NCBI RefSeq assembly: GCF_006345805.1
Contig: NC_043001.1
Coordinates: 105,834,001 to 105,898,000 of the forward strand
DNA length: 64,000 bases
Source: Octopus sinensis
Lineage: Eukaryota
Direction: 5' to 3'
Made by a program: the position numbers and the translations under genes. Of the stretch, positions 26,541-40,340 are shown one piece after another. The notes beneath the pieces are model-generated. The model searched no databases, was not told the DNA's origin, and was given only the letters and a program-made list of their open reading frames with translations. How positions within the stretch are numbered: the first letter of the stretch is position 1; the number at the start of each line of letters is the position of its first letter.

Positions 26541-28257
26541 ATTCATATCTCTATGTACATATCTGCAAACACACACACACTCACATTCTTACATAGATGC
26601 ATGTAGACCTATGCATACACAATATATAAAATCCCGTCGCTTGTGGATGATACTGGCATCATGAAATCCATTATCACAGAGCAACACGTACCTCTCCAAG
26701 TCTAAATAAAATAATACGAATTAGACATTCTCTAAAGAACAAGCATTAAAAACAAATATTTCTTGTAACTTGCAGTTTAATCTCCTATATATTGGACTTT
26801 TGTCTGGGCCATGCAGTAAATGCTTTTCACATCCTAAGATTTTTAAACAGAAATATTATCTTAAACATATCTCACCTACTTCGATATAAAATGCATTTAA
26901 CGATTACATCATTCATCCGCCCTACGCCTGTATTTATATTGGTGGGCGAATTGTGTGAACACAGTCCTGAAGCGCTACCATAGGGTTCTATAGAAGCAAA
27001 CTCCATTACACTTTCCGCCCGGATTCTTAAACGTAGTAGATTCAGGTTATGAATATTCTCCGATCATATCATTCTCGATCTATTCCAACGTCTCAAGCCG
27101 GTCGGCTTGGCTTGAAGAATGGGATATTCTTGTGATTCTTTTCTGCGATATTCTAATCACATATCTGCAGTATCGAACTTTTGGGTTAGTCTTATAAGTC
27201 ACCGAATAATAAGTTCTTTCTAGAGATAAAATCTTCCGTTCAATTCATAAAATTAACGATATCTGACGAAAATTGTAGTTAACTGTATCTAAGGGAAATG
27301 GAAGCTTTCTGGTTGACAACACTTACTTAGAAATAATGAATTGTTCGCTGGGGTGAATATGATAATAATTAATCTAAAAACGCAAATGAGTCTGTCTGAC
27401 ATCGATTTGTAGCTGTTCAAATGACATTTCATGAATTACCCCACTTCTTTATTTACTGGTCAATAAATAGGAATTGAAAGAGATTTATCGGTATAAATTG
27501 ATCAGCACAAATGAATTGTAAACTATATACAATACTTAGACTTATAAAAGATAATTAAGTTTCTCGCTGAAATTTATGTGTAAAAACAGTGCGGAAAAAA
27601 GCAATATATTAATAGTGATTTAAACCAAACAAATGAAGCTATATTTAGATCTGAACAGGAAGACATGCGCATCACATACCTACGTTTTATTTCTATTACC
27701 GTCCTTTATTACCCTTGTTTATTTTTCCTTTTTTCATTTTCACATTTTTTAACCTGTATGTTCTGTTGTGACTGGAGAAAGTCATTTTCTTTTTGTGCCT
27801 TATAATGTAACACACAGTCTGGTAAAATTTCCACTTATTTCTTATTTTCATTTTCCTAAAATTTTCGTTGCGTCTTGCAGCCTTTTCAATAGTTTTGACT
27901 CTGTCCGTTATTTACACTGCGTTCGCTTTCGTTTGTTAGTACGCATGTGTGTGGGTCAGTGTGTGTGTGTGTGTGTGTGTCTATGCATGCATGCGTGTAC
28001 GTATGTAGGTGTGTATTTATGTATGCATGTGTATGAATGTATATATGCGTGTGTGTTCATCTGTATGCATGTATCCTGTATATTCATGTGCTTTCAAGTC
28101 CGTGTTTGTGTATTTTCTATGCATGTGTGTGTGTGTGAGCGTGTGTTTGTATATGTATGCACCTCTGTCTTCTTGTGTGTGCATGCCTGTATGTGTGTGT
28201 TATGCAACTATGTACCATGTTTATATGTACCTTTGCACACGATTGTATGTTTTCTAT

Positions 28258-28610
28258 CCAAATCCAGTGGCTAACCTTTTTCACTGTAGTTTGGATATCG
28301 GACATGGGGGTATTTACCTTACGAAGAGTTAGGGCTAGCGATAACAACAGTCGACTCAAACTGTGTCCAACAAACACTCTACATCTGACTCCGATTGTGA
28401 AATGCTCTGCTTTCCAGCCTACTTCTTCACATTCCTCGGGGATGTTTACATAACCTTCGAGCCCGAGCGCCGTCCATGTTAGATTCCTCACTTTCATTCA
28501 CCACATTAAAATGTCCGGTGTTTTTCGTAAGTGGGATGGGAAAGTGTCCCTGATACCCTGGTAAGTCTGTAGCCACATCCCAATCGCCATTCCACTGTTC
28601 ATGGCTCACA
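28258..28610 (-). pseudogene. 3' end of an RLE-type non-LTR retrotransposon (HERO/NeSL-like)
   Basis: EECEEVGWKAEHFTIGVRCRVFVGHS...KKVSHWIW matches the C-terminal GW...EVGCRGF...ASxWIW pattern of this group. Confidence 0.65.
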
Positions 28611-29119
28611 GGAAGTTTTCTTCTTCTTCTTCTTCTTGAAACGGATCTACTGTGGTGCTCTCTGTGCCGCGCTTTTGATTGTTATTGAGATATTCAAAAT
28701 GTTTAGTTCTTACATATATTCACCCGATGAAAACGGAGTTTTGGAGTGATGCAACACTTCTTCTCAACAATAAAAAAAAAACACGTCCGAAACTGCTGCA
28801 GTAAACTACAATCCAACTGTTGTTCTTTTGCTAATATAAGTATATATGTAAACTGTCCTTGAATCAAGGTATCCTTGGCCTGAAAAGTAACGGACTGTAT
28901 ACACCTCGCTTGGATGTTTACCACTAATTATGTTCCGCTCGCTATGAAACACATGTAGCGTCGATCTTGTCTACGCCATTCCTTAACTCTTATATTCCTA
29001 ATCGCACACACGGCAACACTGGTTGCCTACCGTGAAATGTAAAAAAACCTTTTTTTCTGTTTATCGTACTTCGATACGAAAAAACTCCGCACACTTTCGT
29101 CTCAATAAACCAATATGCT

Positions 29120-29335
29120 TTTCTACTGTAGGCACAAGGCCCAAAATTTTTGGTGGATGGGGGGGGGGGCAGTCGATTATATTGACGCCAGTACGCAACT
29201 GGTACTTAGTTTATCGACTCCGAAAGGATGAAAAGCAAAGTCGACCTCGGAGAAATTTTAAGAACGTTAAGACGAAATATCATAAAGCATTTTGACAGGA
29301 GCGCTAACGTTTAAGCCAGCGTTGTCGCCTTCTCA
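29120..29335 (-). mobile_element. tRNA-derived SINE (B-type head/body, alternative TTGTGCCTA tail)
   Basis: GAAAGGATGAAAAGCAAAGTCGACCTCGG body shared with 32307-32535. Confidence 0.75.
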
Positions 29336-29403
29336 ATAAACCACTATTGTCCCTAAAATTTGTTTTTTTATATTTAATATGGATTGCTTGAAGCCAACTT
29401 GAG

Positions 29404-29477
<74 letters not shown>

Positions 29478-29510
29478 CCCTGGATCTGATACATATACTC
29501 AAAATATGAC

Positions 29511-29541
<31 letters not shown>

Positions 29542-29826
29542 CATCAAACTAAGGTTATAGAACAAACCAATGCAAGGTCATCCGCATAACATTTCATAAT
29601 TCGAACATTTAATCATAGAATATACATATAAACATCCCGCAAGATGGAACATAATTCATCTGTATAAGCATATAAGAAAGTGCGAGAAAAAAGTTCATCG
29701 CGGTTTAGAGTTAATACTTTAGCGATTCAGAAAAATATTTTTTTTTAAAAACATACAACACTTAGAAAGTAAAAATATAATATAAAGTAATATATAAAAA
29801 ATATATAGCTATATAAATGCATATAT

Positions 29827-29860
<34 letters not shown>

Positions 29861-29921
29861 ATAAAACATATTGGTGAATTGAAGAAATGGAGCTGAACGC
29901 AGATTGAACAGAAATCGTTTT

Positions 29922-30010
29922 ATTCATTCTACACGTGTTTTCGAAAGGACAAATTACCAAAATCCGATTGAATAATGGGACCATATTGTGTCTTTCTCTT
30001 CAGGAAGAAA
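29922..30010 (-). ncRNA. Hammerhead with long stem II and 8-nt palindromic stem III, GUA site
   Basis: UUC-CUGAAGA-GAAAGACA...UGUCCUUUC-GAAA-ACACGUGU-A-GAA. One extra A after GAA; stem I is short. Confidence 0.65.
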
Positions 30011-30838
30011 ATAGGAAATCCGTTGGAAAAACAAAAACAGAACAGAGGCGGAGCAAAAACAAATCGACTATGCTCCTAAGAGCCCATGGCGAAACTGTTT
30101 ATCAGTGTATGTTGAGAACCGGTGGCTGAAGAATTTAACGGGTCAGGCATCGGTCAATCATGTGGGTGAGGGTGTGTGGGTGTTCTTTGTGACCGAGAAT
30201 AAAGTTCTGACTATTTAAGGAATATTGATGTTTTATAAGGGGCGAAAAAATCTACTTAGAGACGTGTGTGTGTGTATACTGTTCTATATATGTGTGTGTT
30301 GGCGTAGGGGTAGAAACATTTTTTGTGTACGTGTGTACGTTTGAACGATCGGCTGTCAGTGGCTACTGCCGCGAGAACCGTTGGGTGGCAGAAAAAATAT
30401 ATATATATTATGTTTTATGTGTGTGTGTGTTCATCTAAGCCTGGCTTGTCAAGGAAACCCCCCGCTGTGAAAAAACCAAGCCCCGTTTGTCTAACAGGAG
30501 TAATTCCCCTTGCAGTGGTTAATCGCAGATATCTTAAAGGCTATTTCAGAATTTGTTACCAAGGGCTATGGGTGCCGGTATTATTTATAAACGCTACTAC
30601 AAGATTATTCATCTTTCTATTTCACATAATATATATATATATATATATAGGAAGCATGTAAAAAATATATAATATATATCATGTAAATAAAATAAAAGTT
30701 CATCGTTTAGAAATCTTATAAAATTACTATTCAAGTAAGAGATGCCTTTTAGTTAAAAAAGAGGAAACCATATTGACTTAATCCCTATGGCCATTTCAGG
30801 GGTGTATTATTATGTTTAAAGCACTAGGGTGCATCAAG

Positions 30839-30954
<116 letters not shown>

Positions 30955-32144
30955 TTATATATTTATTTATATATTTATTTATTTATTAAGCAACCGATTG
31001 AATCAGGGTCTGACAGTTTCCGTGCGGAAATGAAATATCGTTCTTTTTGGAAGCTTTTATTATATTTTTATACATGTTTATTCATTGGCATTTGAGCGAA
31101 AAATGTTCTGTATATTTATGATTATATGTAGTTTAAATATTTATGTCAATAATCTTCTTTCATTCACATACGTTTACTTGTACACATCATATTTCACTAA
31201 TATACCAACCCACGTGTTTGGAGTATTAAGTCATAAAATTATCATTTTTGTATCTCTACTATTAACTCTAGAAACTGGATCTGAACGAAGAGCAGCGTAT
31301 CATGCTTGCTTTACAAAATCACTCTCATAATTTTATATGCTTCAGAGACTGGTAATATACAGTTCAGAGTAAGTACACTACCTGCCATAACAGAAGCAGA
31401 GTTTATCTTCTGCACGCAGCAGTAAATCAGGTAAGGCAATGATAATTCAATCTAGACACCTATTCCCTTCATGAAATACCACTCAGGCATTTGTCTGGAA
31501 CATTGCACAGCTACACGCAATGTAGCCATGTCATACTTTTAAACATTACACATTTTTCACATGGAAATTTAGTAAATTACAATGACATAAAACATAATAC
31601 AGTTGCTTTATCATATGTAATTGTGTTTATGATACACAAACGTGATAGGAAAAAATATGTTTGTATTTGCGTGTTACTTTTATGCTACTAATTCCATAAT
31701 TACTCATTGAGCAACTGTAATAATGAATGTAATACTAAAAATACAAATTGCATTTCATATCTCACTGAAAGTAAATTCACTTAATACTTCCAGTTACTTC
31801 GTATATGGATATTGATATCCTAAGTCATGGTAATCAACAATGTTCTTTCCATCAGAAATTTGACGATGTTCTACTTAAAGAAATCAATATGAAAGGCTAT
31901 GATAAACGTAAAGAGAGGAATTTTACTTATGTTTCTTCATCTTACTGGGTTTTTAACACATTGATTACATTATGCAACAACATTTTTGCAATATCTAAAA
32001 TGTTACGAACATTGTTTTGACATACGCATTAAAAATGTATACAGGTTTAAAAAAAGAAATCGGTTAATGCATTAGCTATCTTCTTCTTACGTATAACATA
32101 AGCACGGTAACAAGTTTGGTAGAAATAAATATACCGATATTCAT

Positions 32145-32535
32145 TTCTAATATAGGCACAAGGCACGAAATTTTGGTGGGAGATGACTGTCTATTAGGTC
32201 GACCCAGTAGGCAACTGGTACTTAATTTATCGACCCTGAAAGGATGAAAGGCCAATTCGGCCTCGGCGGAATTTGAACTCAGAACGTAGCGGCATACGAA
32301 ATACCTATTTCTTTACAACTCACAGGGGGCTAAACACAGAGAGGACAAACAAGGACAGACAAACGGATTAAATCGATTATATCGACCCCAGTGCGTAACT
32401 GGTACTTATTTTATCAACCCGAAAGGATGAAAGGCCAATACGACCTCGGCGGAATTTGAACTCAGAACGTAACGGCAGACGAAATACGGCTACGCATTTT
32501 GCCCGGCGTGCTAACGTTTCTGCCAGCTCGCCGCC
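32145..32535 (-). mobile_element. SINE B dimer: full unit 32307-32535 plus headless unit 32145-32306
   Basis: Head GGCGGCGAGCTGGCAGAAACGTTAGC and B-box-like GAGTTCAAATTCC. The second unit starts at GTATTTCGT. Confidence 0.85.
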
Positions 32536-32989
32536 TTAATTCTTATATCAATATTAATACGTAACTGGTAATATTGCTTTCAAATTTTGGCTCCAAGCCT
32601 GTAATTTCGGGGGTAAGGTGTAAGTTGATTACATCGACTCCAGTGCTCAGCTGGTACTTTATTTGCTTGATTTACTTAGTTTACTTTAAAAAAAAACAAT
32701 TGCAGTGTGGAAGCCATTTAAAAAACAATTGCATCGTGGAAGCCATTTAGAAAGCACACCAAAATGTTAGATTCAAAAATTTTTTTGTTACCTATTAACA
32801 GGCGTGCATCGAAATCTTTAAGACAAATACAACACGTACAGACAATACACAACGAGACAACATAAAATTGGAGAACTAAAAATAAAATAGACATTTGAAA
32901 AAGAAGTAAAACCAAAAGAAACGAATGAATTATAAAAAAAAAACTGACATAATGAGGCGGAATGCCCACTCGAACCCCGAAATCGAGTG

Positions 32990-34015
32990 GTTACATTTAG
33001 ACTCTTTTTTTCTCTTTTTTTTTATTCTAATTCTTTTTCACAACACATTCTCGATCGTTTTTATTCTCTTCCTTTTTTTTTTCTTCCTCAATCTTTTTTT
33101 CACAACGCATTCTCGAAAGAAAATTCACAATTTTCTTCTTAACAGAAATAGTTCACATTTTTCCCACCAAAATGTTTATTCTAAATTTATTACCTCTCTC
33201 TTGAATTTTTCCAGTCTTGTATAGTCCACAACCCGTGGCCTTCCATTATAGTACAAAGGCACATCCAGTCCCCCCATAAACTTTCTATAATGTCTCCAGA
33301 GTTCGTTGCTCACTGACTCACTAACTATCACACACCTTTCATCCTCTGGGAACATCCACTTACACCAAAATTTTCCACGTTGATATTTTCTTCTCTAACT
33401 CTATCCATTTCTTGTAAAATAACTCCGGACTCCTTTATGCTCACTTTTAAACTCACTGGTCTTTGCACCTACTGGTCTTTTCTCTTCTTCTTGTATTTCA
33501 GGCAGCTCTATATCATTTATGTCCGTCTTCTCTGCTTCTGCTATTGCTTTCTGTAACATTTCCCTTGATTTTTGCCTTCTTCCTTCTCTTGGGGCTGACG
33601 ATTCCTTCGCTCCCATCTTTTGTCGCTTTTGTTTCTTTCTCTATCTCTTCCTTTTCTTGCTCACAGTTCTTATTTATTATATTTTCTGTTTCTCTCTTCA
33701 TCCTTCCTTGCGTCTCCTTTTCTCCGTCTGTCGCCTCTTTCTCGCTCTGTATCCCCACGTTCTGTTTATTTTTATATTGCGGGTACTTCAATTTCATATG
33801 TTCTCTTTCACCGCAAATGTAGCAATTGGGTCTGCGACCCTCTACAATTGCATTCAGAGAAATTTCCCCTTCAATCTCTGTTTGGTAAGGAAGCCTCTTT
33901 ATATCTTCAAATGTGACGCAGAGTGACATCTCAACTCCGCTTCCCCACCAATTGAGCATGTCTGTTCTTCCAACCTGTGTGAGATCTGGCCTATCTGTGG
34001 TGGTCTTTATGATGG
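32990..34015 (-). mobile_element. Zinc-knuckle gag/ORF1-like element, no pol, A-rich 3' tail
   Basis: WWGSGVEM...VEGRRPNCYICGEREHMK, an E/K-rich linker, and a C-terminal segment WMFPEDERCVIV. Disrupted by stops and frameshifts. Confidence 0.65.
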
Positions 34016-34058
<43 letters not shown>

Positions 34059-34076
34059 TATATCTATATATATATA

Positions 34077-34517
34077 TATACAATTAAGGGCTCCTAAATA
34101 AGATGCCGAGTGCTGGGAACACAAAAAGGGGATGAATTTATCGAGAGTGAAAATCAAATAATATTACTACCCTTCTTGTTTATATTCGCATATCACATGA
34201 TGGATTTATTCGTAAAATTCTTCCCGGCATGCCCGTGTAAATTTTGCGTCTGCGCAGAGATTTGAAAAGTTAAGATCTGCTAGTAGTCGGGTTCAACACA
34301 TAGTCCCACATCGCTGCAGACCTCGATTAAATTTAGGCGACTCGCTGATGAAGCTGGCCTTAGCAAACATATTCTGTGTTTTGCTAGAAAGAAGCAGAAA
34401 CCGCGGTACGAGTTGTTAAAGTTATCGGTAAACGTTTTTGATTTTCACTCTCGATAAATCATCCCCTTTTTGTGTTCCCAGCACTCGGCATCTTATTTAG
34501 GAGGCCTTAATTGTATA
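34077..34517 (+). mobile_element. PLE-type terminal repeat with ~83-bp inverted copy of its tail (34077-34160 / 34436-34517)
   Basis: Clear inverted arms enclose a canonical HHR. Confidence 0.75.
34339..34414 (+). ncRNA. Canonical-core type I hammerhead, GUA site
   Basis: GACUCG-CUGAUGA-A-GCU..UAGCAAA..UUUGCUA..AGC-A-GAA-ACCGCGGU-A-CGAGUU. Confidence 0.8.
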
Positions 34518-34628
34518 ACTACATGAATAATATTTTTCTATATGAATAATATTTTTGTCTTATGACTAATTCGTCTTTTGTGCTGGGCACCTGGTAGTAA
34601 ATAATATTACTACCCTTCTTTTTTATAT

Positions 34629-34683
<55 letters not shown>

Positions 34684-34804
34684 TATATATATATTATATG
34701 TGTGTGTGTGTGTGTGTGTGTGTGAATACATATACATATGTGACCGTTTTTGTATCGTTGGCGAATTTCTTTCTCAGTCTTCACTCCTTTCGACTTTTTC
34801 AAAT

Positions 34805-34839
34805 ATTTCTGATGAAGAGCTCCGCTTGAAACGTGAAAT
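34805..34839 (+). ncRNA. Minimal hammerhead relic in a PLE tail (~34740-34925)
   Basis: AUUU-CUGAUGA-AGAGC UCC GCUU-GAAACGU-G-AAAU. G at position 17 suggests it is inactive. Confidence 0.55.
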
Positions 34840-35122
34840 CCTCTTTCATTTCTTTCTTTTCCTGAGCTTCCAATAACACTGTACCTATTCCACGTCCCCG
34901 TGTTATTGTTTTTCCTTGTTTTTTTCAGGTTTAGATTGAGTATGTATATATATATTATATATATATGTATGTATGTATATATATATATTATGTATATATA
35001 TATATTATATATATATATGTATGTATATATATGTGTATATATATATTATATATATATATGTATGTATATATGTATGTATATATATATATATATTATATAT
35101 ATATATATTGTATGTATATATG

Positions 35123-35170
<48 letters not shown>

Positions 35171-35176
35171 ATATAT

Positions 35177-35211
<35 letters not shown>

Positions 35212-35320
35212 ATATATATATATATATTATATTATTATATTTATATATAATATTATATATATATATGATATGTATATATATATATATTATATATATATAT
35301 ATTTATATTATATATATATG

Positions 35321-35351
<31 letters not shown>

Positions 35352-35491
35352 TAATATATTTATATATATATATTATATATATATATGTATGTATATATGT
35401 ATGTATATATATTATATATATATATTATATATATATATGATTAATATATATATATATATATATATAATATAAATTTATATATGTATGTATG

Positions 35492-35545
<54 letters not shown>

Positions 35546-35712
35546 ATGTATGTATGTAATAGTATTTATAATATGTATGTATATATGTATTTATATATAT
35601 ATATATATGTATGTATATATGCATGTAATATCTATATAATATGTATGTATATATGTATGTATGTAATATATATATATATATATATATAATATATATATAT
35701 CATATGTATGTA

Positions 35713-35750
<38 letters not shown>

Positions 35751-35825
35751 TGAAATATACTGAAAATAAAGGACGAAGACAGGTGTCTCGAAGCAGGCAT
35801 TTTAGTATGACGCTCGGGAAGGTGA

Positions 35826-35866
35826 GAAAGTGTTTACGTTCCGAACCTACGCTCTTCAACAGAAAG
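35826..35866 (-). ncRNA. Hammerhead-like motif, CUGUUGA core, in a repeat spanning ~35745-35930
   Basis: CUUU-CUGUUGA-AGAGC GUAG GUUC-GGAACGUA. Family shared with the 37.7-kb copy. Confidence 0.45.
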
Positions 35867-36046
35867 GTACACAAGGAAATAAACAGAGGGAGAATAAAAA
35901 CATATTGTGGTTTTTATTAGTCAATCGTGGCGGCTGATTGGAGAAAGATGGTTTAGACAGGAGAGCTAGGAAGAAGGGGAGATAATAATGTATGGAGAGA
36001 TGCAGGCATACATATATACAGACAGACAACTATATGTGTGTGTGCG

Positions 36047-36077
<31 letters not shown>

Positions 36078-36839
36078 AATATATATATAGAAAAAGAGAT
36101 AGAGAGAGAGACAGAGACAGACAGACAGATAGACTGACAGACGGATAGATAGATAGATAGATAGATAGTAATTTATATTGCAATGAGTTGTTCAGCATCC
36201 TGATATGTCAGTTTATTTAATGCCTCCCAAACTAATATAATACTTGTTTATTTACTTATTTACATTGGTATTAATGAGGCAGCACTCTCTCATTATTAAC
36301 GTCAGTTGGAAACAAATTTGGTATCTCATATAAATACGAATGTTTATTTGGAAACATCAAATTTATCCTCATTAAAATAGTGGATATTTAGCGTCGTTTT
36401 CTCTCGGGAATTATCTCGTAAATTCTAATTTGCAATTTAATATTAAAGAGTCATCTGCGTTCATCTCTACAGAATCACACTTGTTTAACTATTATTAATT
36501 TTATTTTCCTCATTTGTCAAGTTTCGTGCCACAATCTCATTCTTCTTTACAATGTGCATGAGGGTGGGGATTGTGTAGCTGCATTTCTCAAAACAGGCGA
36601 CTGGAAAAGATTTTCTTGGTATTTACATTACCCGTGTTTCATTTACCGAAACGCGTTACGAAATTGTACAATGTAGTGGAACACGCAAGATATCTAGCAT
36701 TAGAAATGTTTCAGACGGGAAATCAAATAAGACATTTACTTGTAAACCTATCTACGTAAAATATGTATGTATGTGTGTATGTATGTATGTATGTACGTAC
36801 GTATGTATGCATGTATGTATATATATATATATATATATA

Positions 36840-36998
36840 TAACGGGCTTCGTTTAGTTTTCGTATACCAAATACACTCGGAAGGTCCGGTTGGCCCGAGG
36901 CTATAGTAGAAGATACTTGCCAGAGATGTCACGCTGTGGAAATGAAGCCGGAACCATATGGTCGGAGGGAAGCTACTTACCACACAGTCACTCCTGCG

Positions 36999-37000
<2 letters not shown>
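36840..37000 (-). mobile_element. SINE A, head fragment
   Basis: GGCGCAGGAGTGACTGTGTGGTAAGTAGC head on the minus strand. Confidence 0.8.
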
Positions 37001-37044
<44 letters not shown>

Positions 37045-37297
37045 GAGGCAATGGAAGCGGAAACTAGGGGAACATAATTAATCACCACGCACGAAAATCT
37101 CTTCTACATTTATAAGGCAGATATAAAAATTCAAAATATATAAATAGATAAATATCGATGTGATACATAAAACTCAGTGAATTGACATTTGAAAGTTATA
37201 GTACATTTCTGTAATTAACAATTTGAAATGATAAAACATTAAAAGGATGTACTAAAATACCCCGAAAATAATACAAAAATTTAAAAAATTTAAGTTT

Positions 37298-37379
37298 CAT
37301 CTTCGGGCCGTTTCAGAGATGTGCCAAATAATATGATATATTTCATATTTTTAAAACTGACATTCCTCTCATCAGGATG
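37298..37379 (-). ncRNA. Decayed hammerhead with long stem II
   Basis: CAUC-CUGAUGA-GAG...CUCU-GAAACGG C CCGA-A-GAUG. U16.1 appears mutated to A. Confidence 0.4.
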
Positions 37380-37669
37380 TTTTCACACAATATACAAAAA
37401 AAAATACAAAAATACAATTATACAATTACATCCCAGCCACCTGTGTAAAATATAAAATGAGCTATATAAAGTGTAATGTAGCTCACTTGGAGCACTACAT
37501 CTCCGGTCTGTATATTATTTGCGAGTTTTGTTAACACTAGCAATCTCAAAATAAAGCAGTGTATTATATATATATATATATATAGGGGAGAATTCACAAA
37601 AAACAAGAGACGTAGACATGTGGTGTAGACAGCAAACAGGTGTATCAGTTTAACGCTCGGGAAGTGAAA

Positions 37670-37710
37670 GAGTCTGTAACGTTTCGAGCCTACGCTATTC
37701 CACAGAAAGG
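37670..37710 (-). ncRNA. Hammerhead-like motif, CUGUGGA core, in a repeat spanning ~37585-37770
   Basis: CUUU-CUGUGGA-AUAGC GUAG GCUC-GAAACGUU. Confidence 0.45.
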
Positions 37711-37792
37711 AACACATAAAGAAACAGGGAGAGAAAATAATGAATGTGTAGTGGGTAGCGATCTATAATGTCGAAATATACATGTACATATA

Positions 37793-37833
<41 letters not shown>

Positions 37834-37835
37834 TA

Positions 37836-37909
<74 letters not shown>

Positions 37910-40094
37910 AAAGACATAAATATATTGCCTTCTTATAAGTAATTGACAAAAATAGATCTAAAATTGATAACTTTTTCTCAATATGTGCCCAGTGTTAGCT
38001 ATTTCATTTAAAAAGTAATCACTTTATCAGAGAAACGTGTCAAATATTTAGTCACGAAACTCAATTAGAATAGTGTTTAGATGACCTTATTGCAACATAA
38101 TGTAATTATATTTCTTGGGATAGTAACCATATAGTGTGTGTAAATATATACTTGTTCATCTTGGATACAGAATTGGATGATATTGTTTTAAACCACCGCA
38201 TTACAGTTGTTGGTTCAATAGGAGAATATTATGTTGTACATATCCATACTAATGCTCCAATCTGATGATGAAAAACATAGTATTTCTTTACTTACTTGCG
38301 GTTCTAGTCATACAGATCTGAAACATGTTAACATATCCATTTCTTCTCGTATATGGTAGTCTCTAAACAACACAATTACACATTTACACTTCTCTATATT
38401 TTTTAATTACGGTTATAGAAATACATAAAAATGTATATTAGACTACAAAATATTTGTTTTGGATTCTACAACAAGAAATTTTAATATGTGAGCCAAAATA
38501 TTTTTTGGTCAACAAAGCAAATCCCGGAAGGTTAATATTGCCAGAAGAAAAAACATATAATGGCCAATTTTTAAAGTCAAAATTTGTTATATCTGTTTGC
38601 TAATAATATCATCGATTGAGACTTATTACACAAAATTTCATCTAACCTACATTCACTGATTATCGGTTTATGAATACAGAAGCATCGTCGAAGTGCAGAA
38701 GAATAGCAGAATTACACATAGGACACGTTTACGACATTAATCGATATCAATGAAACGATGATATTTTGGAAATTAAAATTTAAAACAGTTTTGGATAAAA
38801 TTCTGTTCGCTCGGATCTCTATCAATGTCAGGAGAAATAGGCCCCAAGTGAACCAAATATCTATTTTCTAACTTATTTCCAGGGGCCGGTGTAATCGACT
38901 TAGCTCCTCCACTGGAATTGCCGGCCTTGTGCCTTTCGATCGTAAACATTCTGACTTCTAATTTGATCATGTCTGTCTACCAGAAAATAGAATGCTTCCT
39001 GTCTTGTAGCCAAAGTGAAATATTTTGAATCGTGGATATGAAGCTGTTTTTAAAATTATTACTGAAAGGAATTTCATTGCATAAATAAAGTTAAGGTCAT
39101 TTTGGCAGTCAGCAAATTATGCTTTTTAACTTAGCTCGTTGGTAAATTACCTTGTTACTTACACCACGCCTAACTTTCGTCTTTCCACAGGTCATTAGAA
39201 CCTTCAATGATATAATATTTTCTGCAAGGATAAAACGTTAATCGTTTTATCGGCTGGGGAAGAATGAACAAGTCGCCGTGTCACTTGTTAAGCGACATAT
39301 TGAAATTTGCATTTTTATTTTGACATCAATAAATAGTAGATTAATTCTTCGTCTCTTTAATAATATTTGCTATGAAATCGACACAAAATATATTCATGTC
39401 ATCATACACCATACAATATATAAAATTGATATGTTTTATTTTAGCAAAACCAATTTACGTATTTCAATAGCGGATGAATCGTAATAGAATTTTCTTTACT
39501 CCAGTGAATGTAAGTTAACAGCCGAAGGCAACAGTTGCGTTTTACTATTTGAATTTCGAGCAGTACTTTTCAACTAATATTTTTTCATTTTTCTTTCTTT
39601 TTTTTTTTTGTGAAAATATATTTCAGATGTCAATAACATTTTGAAGGTAATATTGAGGCTTGTTAATGAAATTCGACGAAACGCCTTAAAGATATGTTAC
39701 TCTGGTTGTATTAAATTTTTTCTAATTTTGCCTGCTTTGAAATTACTTATATATTACATAGGCGATTTCTAAACAAGATAAATGGCATTGATATTTCAAC
39801 ATAATTGGGGGGGGGGGGATTTGACTCAATGAAAATTAAATTTCGATGTAAATAATAATTTAATGAAACCCCGGTTACCTATATAAGATATGCGTATATA
39901 ATATCCATTATTTATGATTGCACAATTTATTGAATTGCTCGTTTTGCATCGTTAATTATAATCCATAAGGTATTTGTGCAATATTTTTGATACCCTCCTC
40001 TGTTAAACTATAACGATATTGACTTAATATTTAATATTGAATTGGGTAATGGCATATGGCAAAGGGGTTGATATATTTGGTTGAAAATTGTGAT

Positions 40095-40340
40095 TTCGAT
40101 GTCTGGAGAGAAGCAAGTCACTTTCTTTCACGTTGCTCTAGTCCCCTAAGCTGGCAAAAACCTGTATTTGAAAGGACCAGCTTTGTCACATTCTGTGTTA
40201 TGCAGCATATACTTGAGAACTATATTGGCGTTACACACGTCTGCGGAGAACTCAACCTCTTGCACATTAATTTCCTGAGCAGGTTGTTTCATCGCTCGGA
40301 TCAACTGGAACCCCCCTCCTCGCTACCAATGAAATGCCAC
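40095..40340 (-). mobile_element. Interspersed repeat; second copy at 51245-51380 (+)
   Basis: Both copies share GGGTTCCAGTTGATCCGA, TAGTTCTC and GTGACAA..CTGG.CCTTT.AAATACAGG. Confidence 0.7.

Noticed and set aside
30004-30165. Apparent 162-nt exon (EIRWKNK...SPWRNCLSVYVENRW) with an in-frame TAG that A-to-I editing could recode
   Set aside because: All three frames contain stops, and the acceptor is the antisense of a hammerhead. There is no homology support. Kept only as an exonisation hypothesis.
30995-31035. CTGACAG...TTTCC/GGAAA...GAAATATC hammerhead candidate
   Set aside because: The 3:8 pair is uncompensated and stem I is mostly wobble pairs.
31347-31435. Micro-exon candidate (TTCAG|AGACTGG...AGA|GTAAGT)
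   Set aside because: 23 nt with plausible splice sites but no partner exons or recognisable peptide. Such matches are expected by chance in 64 kb.
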